A stretch of DNA of 64,000 nt from an uncultured Chthonomonadaceae bacterium (GTDB taxonomy: Bacteria > Armatimonadota > Chthonomonadetes > Chthonomonadales > Chthonomonadaceae): NCBI GenBank assembly GCA_963817895.1, contig CAWFQB010000005.1, positions 704,001-768,000 on the forward strand. Direction: 5' to 3'. Of the stretch, positions 52,633-62,874 are shown one piece after another; position 1 is the first letter of the stretch, and each line of letters opens with the position of its first letter. The notes beneath the pieces are model-generated. The model was not told the origin of the DNA. It worked only from the letters and a program-made list of their open reading frames with translations, and made no database searches. The position numbers were made by a program, and so were the translations under genes.

Positions 52633-54006
52633 TTACTCAATCTCCGCGCTTTTGCGGCGCAGCAGGAGACGGGCGGGCGCGTCGGCATTGGCGGGAAAGC
52701 GCAGGGTCAGTTTGCGCCATGCGGCCACGTTGACGAGGATGCCGTTTGTGCCGATAGGGTGAATGGCTCTGGCGTCGGAAGCGAATACCCAACTCTTCGC
52801 GGAACCGGACAGGCTGACCGCGAACTCGCCGCGCGGCAGGTATATCCAGAAATCGGCTTTGCCGTCACGAGAGGGCAGGGGACAGGCGTATGTGATGTCG
52901 GCTGCGCCTTGCAGCGAGGTTTCCACGCCCCGCAGAAAGTCGGGAGCCTGTGTGAACGTCCCCTGCGTTTTCGGGGCAGTGTAGGCAAGGGCGTTACGCA
53001 GGGCGTTTGTGCCGTTCACGCTGTCGGAATACAGGGCGAGTCCGGTATACAAATCCATTGCGAGCGCGTCCCGTTTCGCCAGCGCGCTTTCCTGTATCCC
53101 CTCCCGCGCAATGCGCTGCAAAAGGGGCGTATCCTGTTTCGCCACGTATTCGGCAATGTCGTCTGGTTTAGCGAACGGCACATCGTCCGCTTTGATTTTG
53201 CCCGCTGTTATCTCCTCGCTGATCCAGCGCAGAAACAGGCGTTCGCCCAGAACGCCATTCGCCCACTCTTCCGGCGCTTTGAAGCCCGACACTCCCGGCA
53301 AAACGTAATGGCCGTACTCGTGCGCCAGTTCGCGTACCCACTCCACGCCCCTCCGTTCCGCAAAGATGTTGAAAATGTAAATCTGGTTTTGGAACTGCTC
53401 GCCGCCCGCGTCCGGCGAACTGCTCGATAATGCCTGCCCACTCAGCCACACGTCTACGGTCTGATGAAACGGGTGGTCGGTATGCAGGCGAGTCGAATTG
53501 AGGCCGTACAGAAGCAGTAACAGGCGCGACGCGCGTTTCACGAGGGGCAGGCTGTCGGCTTCGGGCGCGTGAACCACAAATCGGCGGATATAATTGACAG
53601 GCTGACCGGTCGAAGCGGCGGCGGAAACTTCTCCAACATATACGAAACAGGCCGCGCGATACCGCTGCTTGTACTTTTCGTCCGTCGCCTGCTGTGGCCC
53701 ATGCGGGATGAGCAGCAGGCCGGGCGTGGGCGCGGCAACCACTTCCTTGTCCGCGTCCTGCCTGTCTATGGCCGACGGCAGCAGTTGCGCGGGCATCCCG
53801 TCGGCGCGGACACAGGAAGAAGCAAAGCAAACACATGCCAACAGGAAAGCCGTCAATAAAGCAGAAGCAAAAGGCTGCTGGAATTGAACAAGATAAGTCC
53901 AGAAAACTGATTTAAGTTGTGTCCGTAAAGCGCCAGGAAGGATTGTTGTCATGGGCATAGTATACCAAAAGCGAGGAATATTCGCCTGTAGAGCCAGGCA
54001 AGGCAA
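52633..54006 (-). CDS. Secreted hypothetical protein with a zincin HExxH motif (start uncertain)
   Basis: Hydrophobic signal-like segment; RELAHEYGHY followed by WANG. Confidence 0.7.
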   Translation of the reverse strand: MPCLALQANIPRFWYTMPMTTILPGALRTQLKSVFWTYLVQFQQPFASALLTAFLLACVCFASSCVRADGMPAQLLPSAIDRQDADKEVVAAPTPGLLLIPHGPQQATDEKYKQRYRAACFVYVGEVSAAASTGQPVNYIRRFVVHAPEADSLPLVKRASRLLLLLYGLNSTRLHTDHPFHQTVDVWLSGQALSSSSPDAGGEQFQNQIYIFNIFAERRGVEWVRELAHEYGHYVLPGVSGFKAPEEWANGVLGERLFLRWISEEITAGKIKADDVPFAKPDDIAEYVAKQDTPLLQRIAREGIQESALAKRDALAMDLYTGLALYSDSVNGTNALRNALAYTAPKTQGTFTQAPDFLRGVETSLQGAADITYACPLPSRDGKADFWIYLPRGEFAVSLSGSAKSWVFASDARAIHPIGTNGILVNVAAWRKLTLRFPANADAPARLLLRRKSAEIE

Positions 54007-54108
54007 AATAAAAAGTCACGAAAAATCTTCTTGTCTGATCTTTTTCAAAAGTCTCTTGGGACGCGACTTTCCTTTTGGGCACAGCCCGCTTTTACTAAGG
54101 AGTTCTTT

Positions 54109-54630
54109 ATGAACGCACGCATTTCGAAATGGTTTGCTCTCTCCGCGCTTCTGCTTGGTTCCCTGGCCTTGTCGCCGCGCGTCCAGGCGCAGGAGAGTAT
54201 CAGCGCATACCCCACATTCAGCAATGTCACCAATGGCACGGGCTATCTGGGGCACGAGATGGCTATCTACGATGCTCCGTTGGGTGGCGACACCCTCACG
54301 GCCACAGGGTCTATCGAATTGGCCTCTTGGTCTCTGGTAGGCACTGGCGTGACCAATCTGTACAATAACCAGAGCGAAACTTACTTTAACAGCAGCATCA
54401 CAGCGCCAAGCTACGGCGATGCGTCTGAATCTTCAATAGATCGTCCGCTCAGCGTACGTGATTGGACTATTGCCCATATCAACGCGGGCGCTGGCACGAA
54501 TTTGGCATCCGTGAGCAATCTCACGTCCGCGATGGTGTATTTGTACGTCGAGTCTCATTCGGGCATCGTCACCAATCTCTCTACGTCGCTGCATGTTATT
54601 GCGACGTACACTTCCAACCCTGATTACTAA
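54109..54630 (+). CDS. Secreted hypothetical protein
   Basis: AAGGAG RBS; Sec signal ending VQA. Confidence 0.75.
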   Translation: MNARISKWFALSALLLGSLALSPRVQAQESISAYPTFSNVTNGTGYLGHEMAIYDAPLGGDTLTATGSIELASWSLVGTGVTNLYNNQSETYFNSSITAPSYGDASESSIDRPLSVRDWTIAHINAGAGTNLASVSNLTSAMVYLYVESHSGIVTNLSTSLHVIATYTSNPDY

Positions 54631-54673
54631 AGCATTGCGCGCTTGTAAGCGCACAAGCAACAGTAGACTCGGC

Positions 54674-54713
54674 AAAAAATCAACCTCCACTTTTAAGAAG
54701 TGGGTTGATTTTT
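54674..54713. terminator. Bidirectional intrinsic terminator
   Basis: AAAAAATCAACC...GGTTGATTTTT stem between convergent genes. Confidence 0.7.
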
Positions 54714-54721
54714 GGTATTCC

Positions 54722-55309
54722 TTACGGTTTGATTTTGAAGCCTTGGGGAAGCGTTATTTTCGATTGTGGTGAAGGCGCAGCTTTAGAGGGCAGCGCGTGG
54801 TAGCGGATTACCGTGCCGATATCTGGGTATTTCCACACGGTCACAAACAAACTTCGATACACGTTGAGGGTGTCGCTCATGGCGACCGAAATTGTGAAGC
54901 GGGCTTCCAGACTGGTGAGTGGCAACGCGGTATTGCGCGTTACTTGCACCATCTGAGAGTGCCCCATCGACAAATTATTATCAACGATATACATTTCCAT
55001 CGCCGCCATGCCCCAGCTCTCCTGCAATTTAAGCATGGCCCTCTGCTTTTGATCGGGGGGGAGGCGCGGGCTGATGGTGTCGAACACAGGCACGCGCGCG
55101 GGCAGTTCCAGCATGATTTTCGAGCGCGGAGCCACCAGATGGCTGTTGATTTGCGCCATTATTTCGGGTGAGATAGGGTTTCCATTACCGTCCAGCGCTC
55201 TTCGCTGTGGCCCCTGTTTGGCCTGCAGATTGTGCATGCCGCCCGAAAGCAAACCTAAACTGAGAATGCCCATCAGGGCAATACGAGACTTCGTGTGTGA
55301 TGAGAACAT
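54722..55309 (-). CDS. Secreted hypothetical protein
   Basis: GGGAG RBS; N-terminal signal-like segment. Confidence 0.65.
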   Translation of the reverse strand: MFSSHTKSRIALMGILSLGLLSGGMHNLQAKQGPQRRALDGNGNPISPEIMAQINSHLVAPRSKIMLELPARVPVFDTISPRLPPDQKQRAMLKLQESWGMAAMEMYIVDNNLSMGHSQMVQVTRNTALPLTSLEARFTISVAMSDTLNVYRSLFVTVWKYPDIGTVIRYHALPSKAAPSPQSKITLPQGFKIKP

Positions 55310-55491
55310 GTTTGTTGTTTTTCTCCCTGGTTCTTAGCGCCTGTCGCTGTATAGCGATGCGCCCTGTTATTATCGACGGAAAGTTTGTGCCTGTCAACTC
55401 CTTTTGCAGGAAGAAAAACACGCATAAAGTCTTTCGGCAACAAGATAGCCACGCCTGCCCAAAGTTAAGGGCAAAACTTGGCCATACATTG

Positions 55492-56026
55492 TCAGGGTTT
55501 GAATTCGTTGATCTCGTCGAGCGCGTCCCACATTAAATTCAGATCGGTGGTACGCAGGAAGTAACGGAAGGAGGGATATTCTGCCCGATACTTGCCGTAC
55601 ATGCTGCTGCCCGATTGTTTGGAATACAGCATGTTGGCGGCGCGATCTGCCAGTTTCACGAACGTGGCAAGTTCGTTCCCCATAATTTTCAGGTATGCGG
55701 TCAGAGCGCGTTCTTTGCGATTTCTGCCAAATCCACTCACCGCAAACACGGTGTCTGCCACGACAATCGCCGCGCTTTTACTGTATGGCTCTAACGCCCC
55801 CCACCAGATCACTGTGCGTGACGGTAGTGTCTTCCAGAACATCGTGTGTCCAGGCGGCGGCAAGCGCAATGTCGGCATCGGCATCCAAAACATGCAGGTA
55901 GCGGCTGGCAAAGTCTACCTGTGCCAGATGGACTTCGTAGGGTTTGCCATCGTAGTTGCAGTTTCGGGCGTTATGCTGCGCAATGGCAAAGTCGCGGGCG
56001 AGAGTGACAATGTTTTGCGGTTCCAT
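55492..56026 (-). CDS. Small RelA/SpoT-type HD hydrolase (Mesh1/SAH-like), frameshift near 55800
   Basis: PYEVHL, AAWTHDVLEDT, then VKLADRAAN in a second frame; AAGGAG RBS. Confidence 0.8.
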
Positions 56027-56204
56027 GTGTTTTTTATTCTCCTTTCTATATGTTCTTCCGCCCGCACAGGATGGGGGAGGACTGCCTGTGCGGGCAGAAG
56101 TCTGTGTGAAAATCAGATTAGTGGAACAGATGCACGATGAACATAACCAGGCCGATAGCTGCGCTCACCCCGACCCCGAAGGAAATCACCGCAACAGCGA
56201 TAAA

Positions 56205-57218
56205 TCAATGCGGCAGGCTGACGAAGGCGAAGAGAATGAGCAGGATTTGACCGGCGGCAACGAAAGTCATAAACTGCTGCGAGGCTTTGGTAAACGCCTC
56301 GTCTTCGAGAATGGAGACAAAGCGTTCGAGGCTATCGCCCATATTTCCTGCTGTTTCGCCGACAGCCAGCATATCAATGAGATAGCGGGGCAGCAGTTCG
56401 GTTTTTGCCAGGCTGTCGCTTAACGACCCTCCCTGCCGGGTTCGGCGGGCGGCTTGCCGCAAAGCGCGTTCGTAATGCGCGTTGAGCGCGCTGCGGGAAG
56501 AGACTTCCAGCGCGTAGGAAACGGCCACGCCGCTATTCCACAGAGTGGCAAACGAGCGGCCCCACCGCGCGGCAGCCAGATTGCGCGTCACTGTTCCCGC
56601 CTGCGGCAAGGCGAGTTTGATCGTATCCACCCACAAACGCAAAGCCTGCCAGCGAAACAGGAAGCGGCACAGCAACCGTCCTCCAATGTAATACGCCGTC
56701 AATGTTGCCAGAGAAACAAGCAGGCCGGAAAGCATAGCCGCCAGTGAATTGGACAGATGATACGCGGCCTGAAACAGCGACAATCCGACAATGACATACC
56801 AGGGGTTGAATATGGAGTGCGCGATTTTGCGGTCGAGCATTGCCGACTGCCCGAAGGCGTGTTCCAATCGCCGGGTTGCGCCCTCCAGCGTCCCCGCCAC
56901 TTCGCCCACTTCCAGCACCGGCAGAACAATTTCCGGCAGCCGATGTTTGTAGGGCGCAAGCGCAGCGGAAAACGGTACTCCCCGCTGTAGGGACGGAGCA
57001 ATTCGGGCGCATATCCATTTTAATTCCGGGTCGGAAACCAGCGCGGCGCGGCGCAGCGCCGCATCAATGGCGATACCGGATGCCAGCAGGGTCGCCGTCT
57101 GCCCGAAGAACGCGCCGAGCGTGGCTTTGGGAAGCGGATCGCCGAGCAGGGCGCGCAGCCGCCAGCCGAGCAGCGTTCCCATTCCCGGTTCTTTTATCGG
57201 TATCGCGGCGTCTATCAC
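56205..57218 (-). CDS. Type II secretion F / PilC family membrane protein
   Basis: Two T2SSF repeats (LASGI...GEVAGTL; NSGV...GETAGNM). Confidence 0.88.
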   Translation of the reverse strand: MIDAAIPIKEPGMGTLLGWRLRALLGDPLPKATLGAFFGQTATLLASGIAIDAALRRAALVSDPELKWICARIAPSLQRGVPFSAALAPYKHRLPEIVLPVLEVGEVAGTLEGATRRLEHAFGQSAMLDRKIAHSIFNPWYVIVGLSLFQAAYHLSNSLAAMLSGLLVSLATLTAYYIGGRLLCRFLFRWQALRLWVDTIKLALPQAGTVTRNLAAARWGRSFATLWNSGVAVSYALEVSSRSALNAHYERALRQAARRTRQGGSLSDSLAKTELLPRYLIDMLAVGETAGNMGDSLERFVSILEDEAFTKASQQFMTFVAAGQILLILFAFVSLPH

Positions 57219-57269
57219 GCGCTCTCCCTTCCAATCAGCAACAAGGTAAGTGTTGAAACTATTTTGGCT

Positions 57270-58889
57270 TCATTTCCATTGAAAGGCAGGAGCCGCGAAC
57301 AGCAGGGCGGTGGTTTCGGCCAACAGCGTCGGTTCGTTGACTCCCTCGCGGCGGGCGCGTTCGACGTGGGCGGCAATCTGTTTGCGGACGGGCATCAGTT
57401 CGGGCGCGTCGCATGGCCTGCCGTAAACGGTTTCCAGCAGCGTATCTGTAATAGTCGTGTCCGAGGATGCTTTGGCGGCGGTGAGCGGAGCCTGTAGGTC
57501 AATGCGCGTCCCGCCGATTTTGTTGGCGGTCAGGGCTAGAGCGTAGTTCCAGCGCGGCAGGAGAGCGCTGGCCCAGGCCGACGATTTTTCAGGAAACCCA
57601 TCCGGCATCGGCCAAAGATACAAAGGCTGTCCCATATCGCTCAGGAAGTTTTGAAGGTTTTTGCCGCCATCCGTATCGGCGGCAAGGGCGCGGAGTGAAC
57701 TGGCGACGTAATCTAAGGGGCGTTTCAAAATGGGCAGGCACTGTTCGGGATCGGTCAGGCCGTCCAGCAGAATGGGGCGCAGGGTGGCGCGAATGTCGCT
57801 TTTGCTGTTGAGATAGGCGGCGGCGGCCTGCGCCACAACCGAACCGGTGGCGTTGCCCAGGAAATGGCGGCACAATTTGCGGGCAATAAAATGCGCTGTC
57901 GTGGGGTGCATCGCCAGCCGTTCCAGAACCAGTTGCGCGTCCCGTTCGCCGCCTTTGGGCGCAATCGTCAGGTTCAGGAACGGGATGTATTTCGCGTCCT
58001 CGTCGTGTCGGCCCGCCTCGTACTCGAACGCGCTATACGGTTTGTTCATGTTGGCAAGCGACAGTTTCACCCACCCCTGATGCACTGTCCAGCCCGTGAA
58101 GCAGCGAGCCACTTCCTGAATGTCGCGCTGCGTGTAGCCGCTTTTTACGCCTAATGTGTGCAGTTCCAGCAGTTCGCGGGCGTAGTTCTCATTGGCGTTT
58201 TCACTGCCGTTTTTGCGTCGGTTCTGGTTATTATCCAGATAGCCGAGCATGGCGGGGCTGTGCGCGGAAGCCGTTAGCAGTTCCCGAAATGTGCCAAGCA
58301 CATGCGGGCGAATGACGTGTTCGGTATCGGTGGGAAGCAGGGAGCGTCCATCGTTTTTCAGCGCGTAGATGTTGAAGTGGTTGGTCCAGAAGTCGGCAAG
58401 CATTTCGCGCAGTTGGTGGCGGCTGTAAACGGCGCGGAGCAGGGCGGCCTGCGCCGTCTGCGTCAGCACTTCGCCGTCATCATAACTCGCCAGCACATCG
58501 GGCGAGTCTCGCTCGATCTGCTGCGTGTCCAATCCCCCGACGCGCCATGTTACGGCAGGGTCTTCGTCCATGCGGTCAGCCAGTTGCTCTTCGATATAGG
58601 CTTTCTCGCCAATCTCCGCGACGCGCGCCACATCGCCGGGACGCGGGCCAAACGCGACACGATTGAGAACATGCGCGGCGCGGGTGACGGCAGGCGCGTC
58701 GTGGGGCAAAGCCGTCCACTGCGCGGGGGCAGGCCCGGTAAGCCGTTTCGCCTGATCGCGCATGTCCTTGCAGCCCGCCCCGCCAAGCAGAAGCATAGCC
58801 GCGCCCGCGCCTGTCGCCGCCCCGCGCTCTAAAAACGCGCGGCGGTCAATGTTTTCTGATGAAGGTTTGCCTTGTACTGAATCAGACAT
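57270..58889 (-). CDS. DUF1800 family protein with Tat-lipoprotein signal
   Basis: DRRAFL...AGC; LNRVAFGPRPG, FWTNHF, AMLGYLDN, NENYARELLELHTLG. Confidence 0.93.
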   Translation of the reverse strand: MSDSVQGKPSSENIDRRAFLERGAATGAGAAMLLLGGAGCKDMRDQAKRLTGPAPAQWTALPHDAPAVTRAAHVLNRVAFGPRPGDVARVAEIGEKAYIEEQLADRMDEDPAVTWRVGGLDTQQIERDSPDVLASYDDGEVLTQTAQAALLRAVYSRHQLREMLADFWTNHFNIYALKNDGRSLLPTDTEHVIRPHVLGTFRELLTASAHSPAMLGYLDNNQNRRKNGSENANENYARELLELHTLGVKSGYTQRDIQEVARCFTGWTVHQGWVKLSLANMNKPYSAFEYEAGRHDEDAKYIPFLNLTIAPKGGERDAQLVLERLAMHPTTAHFIARKLCRHFLGNATGSVVAQAAAAYLNSKSDIRATLRPILLDGLTDPEQCLPILKRPLDYVASSLRALAADTDGGKNLQNFLSDMGQPLYLWPMPDGFPEKSSAWASALLPRWNYALALTANKIGGTRIDLQAPLTAAKASSDTTITDTLLETVYGRPCDAPELMPVRKQIAAHVERARREGVNEPTLLAETTALLFAAPAFQWK

Positions 58890-58931
58890 ATATTATTTCT
58901 CACTTTACACTTGCGCAAGTATCCTGGTCAG

Positions 58932-59558
58932 TTAGCATGCGGTTTTCCTGACGGGCTGGATTGGGGCTGCGCCGGGTTGTAGGTAGGACGCGGGCGTTTC
59001 CTGCATCGGCGACGCCATGGTGGGCATCAGGGTTGCGCCGGCGAACGCGGGCTGCGTCTGCCAGCCGAGCGAAACGGGCTGGATACGCGGCGCGCGCATG
59101 GCGCGAACGCCCGCGCCCAGCGCGCAGACAATAGAGATGGGAGCCAGCACGAACCAGCCGATGTACGGAAAGAACACGGCCACGCTGTACGCGATGCTGC
59201 CGCGCACCAGAGCGCCAAAGGTAGTTTTCGCGCCCGACATTTCGCTGATGCGCTTGCCCATCAGCCCCGCCATGCCCGCGCCGCCAACCGTTACGATGCC
59301 GCTAATGGCCGTTACAACCGCGAACCCGATCAACTTCAGCGGCGGAACGGGAAGGTTGAGCAAAACGATTCCAAATACAAACGCCAGAAGCGACAGCAGG
59401 CCGACAAACAGGCAGCGTTTGGGCGACTGTTCCAGCTCGGCTTCCGCCCGTTGCGCGTGGGCGGGCAGCAAAATCGCGACTGAGGTGAGCAGGCCGGTCA
59501 AAGAGATCATCAGGGCAACGAACAGAGCGACGGTTGCCTGTACTTGAGCCAGTGACAT
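58932..59558 (-). CDS. Multi-pass membrane protein
   Basis: About five hydrophobic helices; co-oriented with the DUF1800 gene. Confidence 0.75.
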   Translation of the reverse strand: MSLAQVQATVALFVALMISLTGLLTSVAILLPAHAQRAEAELEQSPKRCLFVGLLSLLAFVFGIVLLNLPVPPLKLIGFAVVTAISGIVTVGGAGMAGLMGKRISEMSGAKTTFGALVRGSIAYSVAVFFPYIGWFVLAPISIVCALGAGVRAMRAPRIQPVSLGWQTQPAFAGATLMPTMASPMQETPASYLQPGAAPIQPVRKTAC

Positions 59559-59710
59559 TTTTGTGAAACCTTTCTGACCTACGCCAACAAGCGCGCAGGT
59601 AAAGTTTGTATACCTGATACTACTCTAACGGCGTAAAGCGCGTTTCGCAAGTTTGATGGACGCGCTTCACAACATTAATTGGAAATTCACTACCGGACAC
59701 ATTCTTGCCA

Positions 59711-59840
59711 GGGGTTGAAAACCCCTGTCTACATGGCCTGCGGCCAAGCGTCCTTCGGACGCAAATGCTTGTTTTGCAGTGAATCGCGTCCGAAGGACGC
59801 TTGGCGGAACGCCACTCAGACGGGTATTTTCAATACCCGG
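59711..59840. repeat. Inverted doublet (REPIN-like) of the GCGTCC-loop-GGACGC repeat family
   Basis: CCAAGCGTCCTTCGGACGC followed by GCGTCCGAAGGACGCTTGG; outer GGGGTTGAAAACCCC-type palindromes. Confidence 0.8.
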
Positions 59841-59948
59841 CAACATAGGTTCGGTAGTGAAATTGGAAAAAGGAACAAAATTATTCCCTGAATCTTCCTG
59901 TAACTACATCTTTCGGGAAACTCCCGCGCTATTCCCATTCGTTATTCA

Positions 59949-59975
59949 TTTGAATTCAAACTAATTGAGTTCAAA
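59949..59975. promoter_or_regulatory. Tandem palindromic operator upstream of the MarR gene
   Basis: TTTGAATTCAAA (59949-59960) and TTGAGTTCAAA (59965-59975). Confidence 0.65.
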
Positions 59976-59994
59976 CTAAACAGGCGATTAAGCT

Positions 59995-60470
59995 ATGAAG
60001 CCGGAATTTGAGAAACCACAGGCAGGTGACGCGGCGACACAGCAGGCTTTGCATCTGTTCGTTGTTCTGATGCGTTGCTGTAGCAGCGTCACGGAACAAA
60101 CGCGGCAGGATATTACGCGTACGGCCTGAGCGTCAGCGAGTTCGCGGTATTGGAACTGCTGTACCACAAAGGGCCGACGCTGCTTGGCGCGGTTGCCGAA
60201 CGCGTTCTGCTGACAAGCGGCAGCATGACCTATGTGATTGACCAACTGGAAAAGCAGGGGTTGGTACAGCGGGTTGCCTGTCCCAAAGACCGGCGGCGCA
60301 TGTACGCCGACCTGACTGAAGCCGGCAGAGCCAAAATCGCCGCTATCTTTCCCGGCCACGCCGAGCGTATCCGGCAAGTCATGGCCGCTCTGTCACCGCA
60401 GGAACAGGAACAGGCCACGCAACTGTTAAAACAGCTTGGCCTCGCGCAGAAAAGTGAGAGTGGAGAGTGA
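59995..60470 (+). CDS. MarR-family regulator (MhqR-like), frameshift near 60120
   Basis: Repaired YGLSVSEFAVLELLYHKGP...SGSMTYVIDQLEKQGLV...DRR. Confidence 0.85.
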
Positions 60471-60534
60471 GAGTGAGAGAACAACATCTACTCTCACTCT
60501 CACTCTCCACTCTCACTTCTGAAAGGAATTTGAA

Positions 60535-61186
60535 ATGGCAGACAACGTGAAGGTTCTCATTGTATTTTATTCGCGCAACGGCAGCACGGCGGCATTGGCC
60601 GAAGGCATTGCGGAGGGCGCGCGGAGCGAGGGCGTACAGGTGGAATTGCGCCGCGTGGATGAGTTTTTGTCGGACGACATCATCAATGGCGTCCCCGGCT
60701 GGCAGGAGAGCCGGGAAAAACTGAAAGCGAAATACGCCGCGCCCACGATTGAGGACGCTGAAACAGCGGACGCCATCATTTTTGGTTCGCCCACGCGCTT
60801 CGGCAACGTGTCGGCGGAACTGAAAAGCTATGTTGACTCGCTGGGCGGATTGTGGATGCGCGGCGTTTTGAACGGCAAGGTGGGCAGCGCGTTCACGTCC
60901 ACATCCACGCCTGCACGGCGGCAACGAAAGCACCAACATCACCATGTACAACTTCATGGCGCATCTCGGCCTGATTATCGTGCCGCTCGGCTACAGCGAC
61001 CCGGCTCTGTTTGTGGCGGGTACGCCCTACGGAGCCAGCACGGTATCCGGCCAGACCAACGCCCCTCCCACCGAAGAAGACCTCGCCGTCGCCCGCCATC
61101 AGGGTAAGCGCGTCGCGCAGGTGGCGAAGAAAGCTGAAATAGGTCTAAAGCCTCATGCGGAAACTAGCCTCCCCGAACTACACTGA
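60535..61186 (+). CDS. wrbA: NAD(P)H:quinone oxidoreductase WrbA, frameshift near 60910
   Basis: FYSRNGST, GSPTRFGN, GKVGSAFTST; second frame HGGNEST...GTPYGAS...HQGKRVA. Confidence 0.9.
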
Positions 61187-61220
61187 TTTGTATCAGCGTG
61201 GATTTGAGGGAGGCTTTGTT

Positions 61221-61961
61221 ATGAAACATTTTGTGTCGTTTATGTGGGCAATCGCGCTGCTGGCGATTGGGGCCGCGCTCGGGTTGAGCGGGTGGCTTGG
61301 TTCGCTTGTGCAGACCAGTTTGCAAACGCATCTGCTGGATTGGGTAATGGGCGGATTGTGCCTGATCTGGCTGCTGATAATCCTGATTGTGCCGTGGGAC
61401 TTGTATTTTCAGGCGCAGGAGGCGTTTTTCGAGATACAGCGGGCGGGAGAACTGAACATTGCCACGCCCCCCGGACGCGCCGAATACGTTCACATCCTGC
61501 GCGGGCGATTGCTGTGGCTGGCATTGGGGGCGCATCTGCTTTCCGCCGGGTTTGTGGCCGCGCTCGCCTTCTGGACACATGGGCGCATCGGCTACTATTT
61601 CGCCGTGTTTTATCTGGTTTCCACCGTGTTCCGACCGGCGATTGCGGGCTATGTGTATCTGTCGCGCAAATTGAAGGCCATTCGGCAGGAGGCGCATTAT
61701 CCGCGCGAAGACGTGATGGAACTGCGCGAACGATTGCGCGTTCAGGAACAGGATACGCTGAATCTGAAAGCGCAAACGGAGCGGCAGTCCGAGAGTTTGA
61801 AGCGGGAAGTGGAACAGCGCGAAGCGGAAACCCGCGAACTGCGGCAGCGGATGCAGGCTATAGGGCGCGAGTTTGAAAGCACCGTCAGCCGCCTGACGGA
61901 CAATCAGGAGGTCATCAAGGGGATACAGGCGTTCGTTCGGTTGATTGCGCAGTCTACATAG
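61221..61961 (+). CDS. Four-TM membrane protein with C-terminal coiled coil
   Basis: Hydrophobic helices, VPWDLYF, E/R/Q-rich tail; GGAGG RBS. Confidence 0.8.
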   Translation: MKHFVSFMWAIALLAIGAALGLSGWLGSLVQTSLQTHLLDWVMGGLCLIWLLIILIVPWDLYFQAQEAFFEIQRAGELNIATPPGRAEYVHILRGRLLWLALGAHLLSAGFVAALAFWTHGRIGYYFAVFYLVSTVFRPAIAGYVYLSRKLKAIRQEAHYPREDVMELRERLRVQEQDTLNLKAQTERQSESLKREVEQREAETRELRQRMQAIGREFESTVSRLTDNQEVIKGIQAFVRLIAQST

Positions 61962-62017
61962 AGGCAGAGGAGTTTAGCCGCGAATGAACGCGAATGAACG
62001 CGAATAATCTGTGAAGA

Positions 62018-62049
62018 AGCCGCCTTCTTCAGAAATGAAGAAGGCGGCT
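62018..62049. terminator. Strong hairpin between convergent genes
   Basis: AGCCGCCTTCTTCA-GAAA-TGAAGAAGGCGGCT. Confidence 0.7.
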
Positions 62050-62085
62050 GTATGTGGGCGCGTGATTGCAGAATTCAGCAAACGA

Positions 62086-62736
62086 TTACCGCTTGCGATG
62101 GCGACGGAGCGCGAACACGGAACCGGAACAGATGCCGCCGAACAGCAGCGCGAGCGACCCCGGTTCTGGAACCGTAACGATGAGCGGAAAGATGTTCACG
62201 GGCGGAGTGGAAGAACTTATGTCCACGCTGACAATGCCGTTATTGCCGCTCGGATCGGAGGTGGGAAGGTAATTATTGCCATTGGCATCCAGAATGCAAA
62301 TCAGGAAGTTGTCGGGAGTGCCGCTCGCGTCCAGATTGGTCGAAGATTGCACGTCGAATTGCAGCGAACTGCCTGCCGTGAACCCCTGCGCAATATCCGT
62401 CACGTTGACAGTAACATCATCTTTCAACGTGAATCCAGTGGCAATGGTTCCGGTCGCGTCGCCCATGGTGGGCGGGAGAATAGCGCCTGCCGTGCCGCCG
62501 CCAAGATTGAAGTTGTTGACGTTAAGGGTATTGTTGCCGTCTGCGGGCAGACTATTGCCGACCTGTCCATCGCTGAGAGAGATTTCAATGTTGAAGAGGC
62601 CGCCGATAAGACTCGACGTATCCACATTGACGTGAAAATTAATTTGAGCCGAAGCCGATGCGTTCAGTCCGAAAAGCCCAAGCCCGATAAGGGCGGGCAA
62701 AATCAGGCTTTTGAGATTTTGTAAATAGGATTTCAT
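62086..62736 (-). CDS. PEP-CTERM surface protein
   Basis: Signal peptide; VPEPGS plus TM helix plus RRHRKR. Confidence 0.9.
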   Translation of the reverse strand: MKSYLQNLKSLILPALIGLGLFGLNASASAQINFHVNVDTSSLIGGLFNIEISLSDGQVGNSLPADGNNTLNVNNFNLGGGTAGAILPPTMGDATGTIATGFTLKDDVTVNVTDIAQGFTAGSSLQFDVQSSTNLDASGTPDNFLICILDANGNNYLPTSDPSGNNGIVSVDISSSTPPVNIFPLIVTVPEPGSLALLFGGICSGSVFALRRHRKR

Positions 62737-62874
62737 TAAAAGCGCGTGTCCTTTCCTGACAGTATAGCGTTGTGTAGAGCATTACAGCGAGATAGTATAG
62801 CTGATGTGGAGGAAACATTCCAGAAATGCCGGTCTGTTTCCTCCTGCTATTTTGGCGTGTTTTCTGCCGCTATA

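Noticed and set aside
60453..60517. GAGAGT/ACTCTC short-repeat palindrome (also at 20798-20846), plus short tandem repeats near 50440 and 61978
   Set aside because: Ordinary short dispersed repeats of the same background; no separate function evident.
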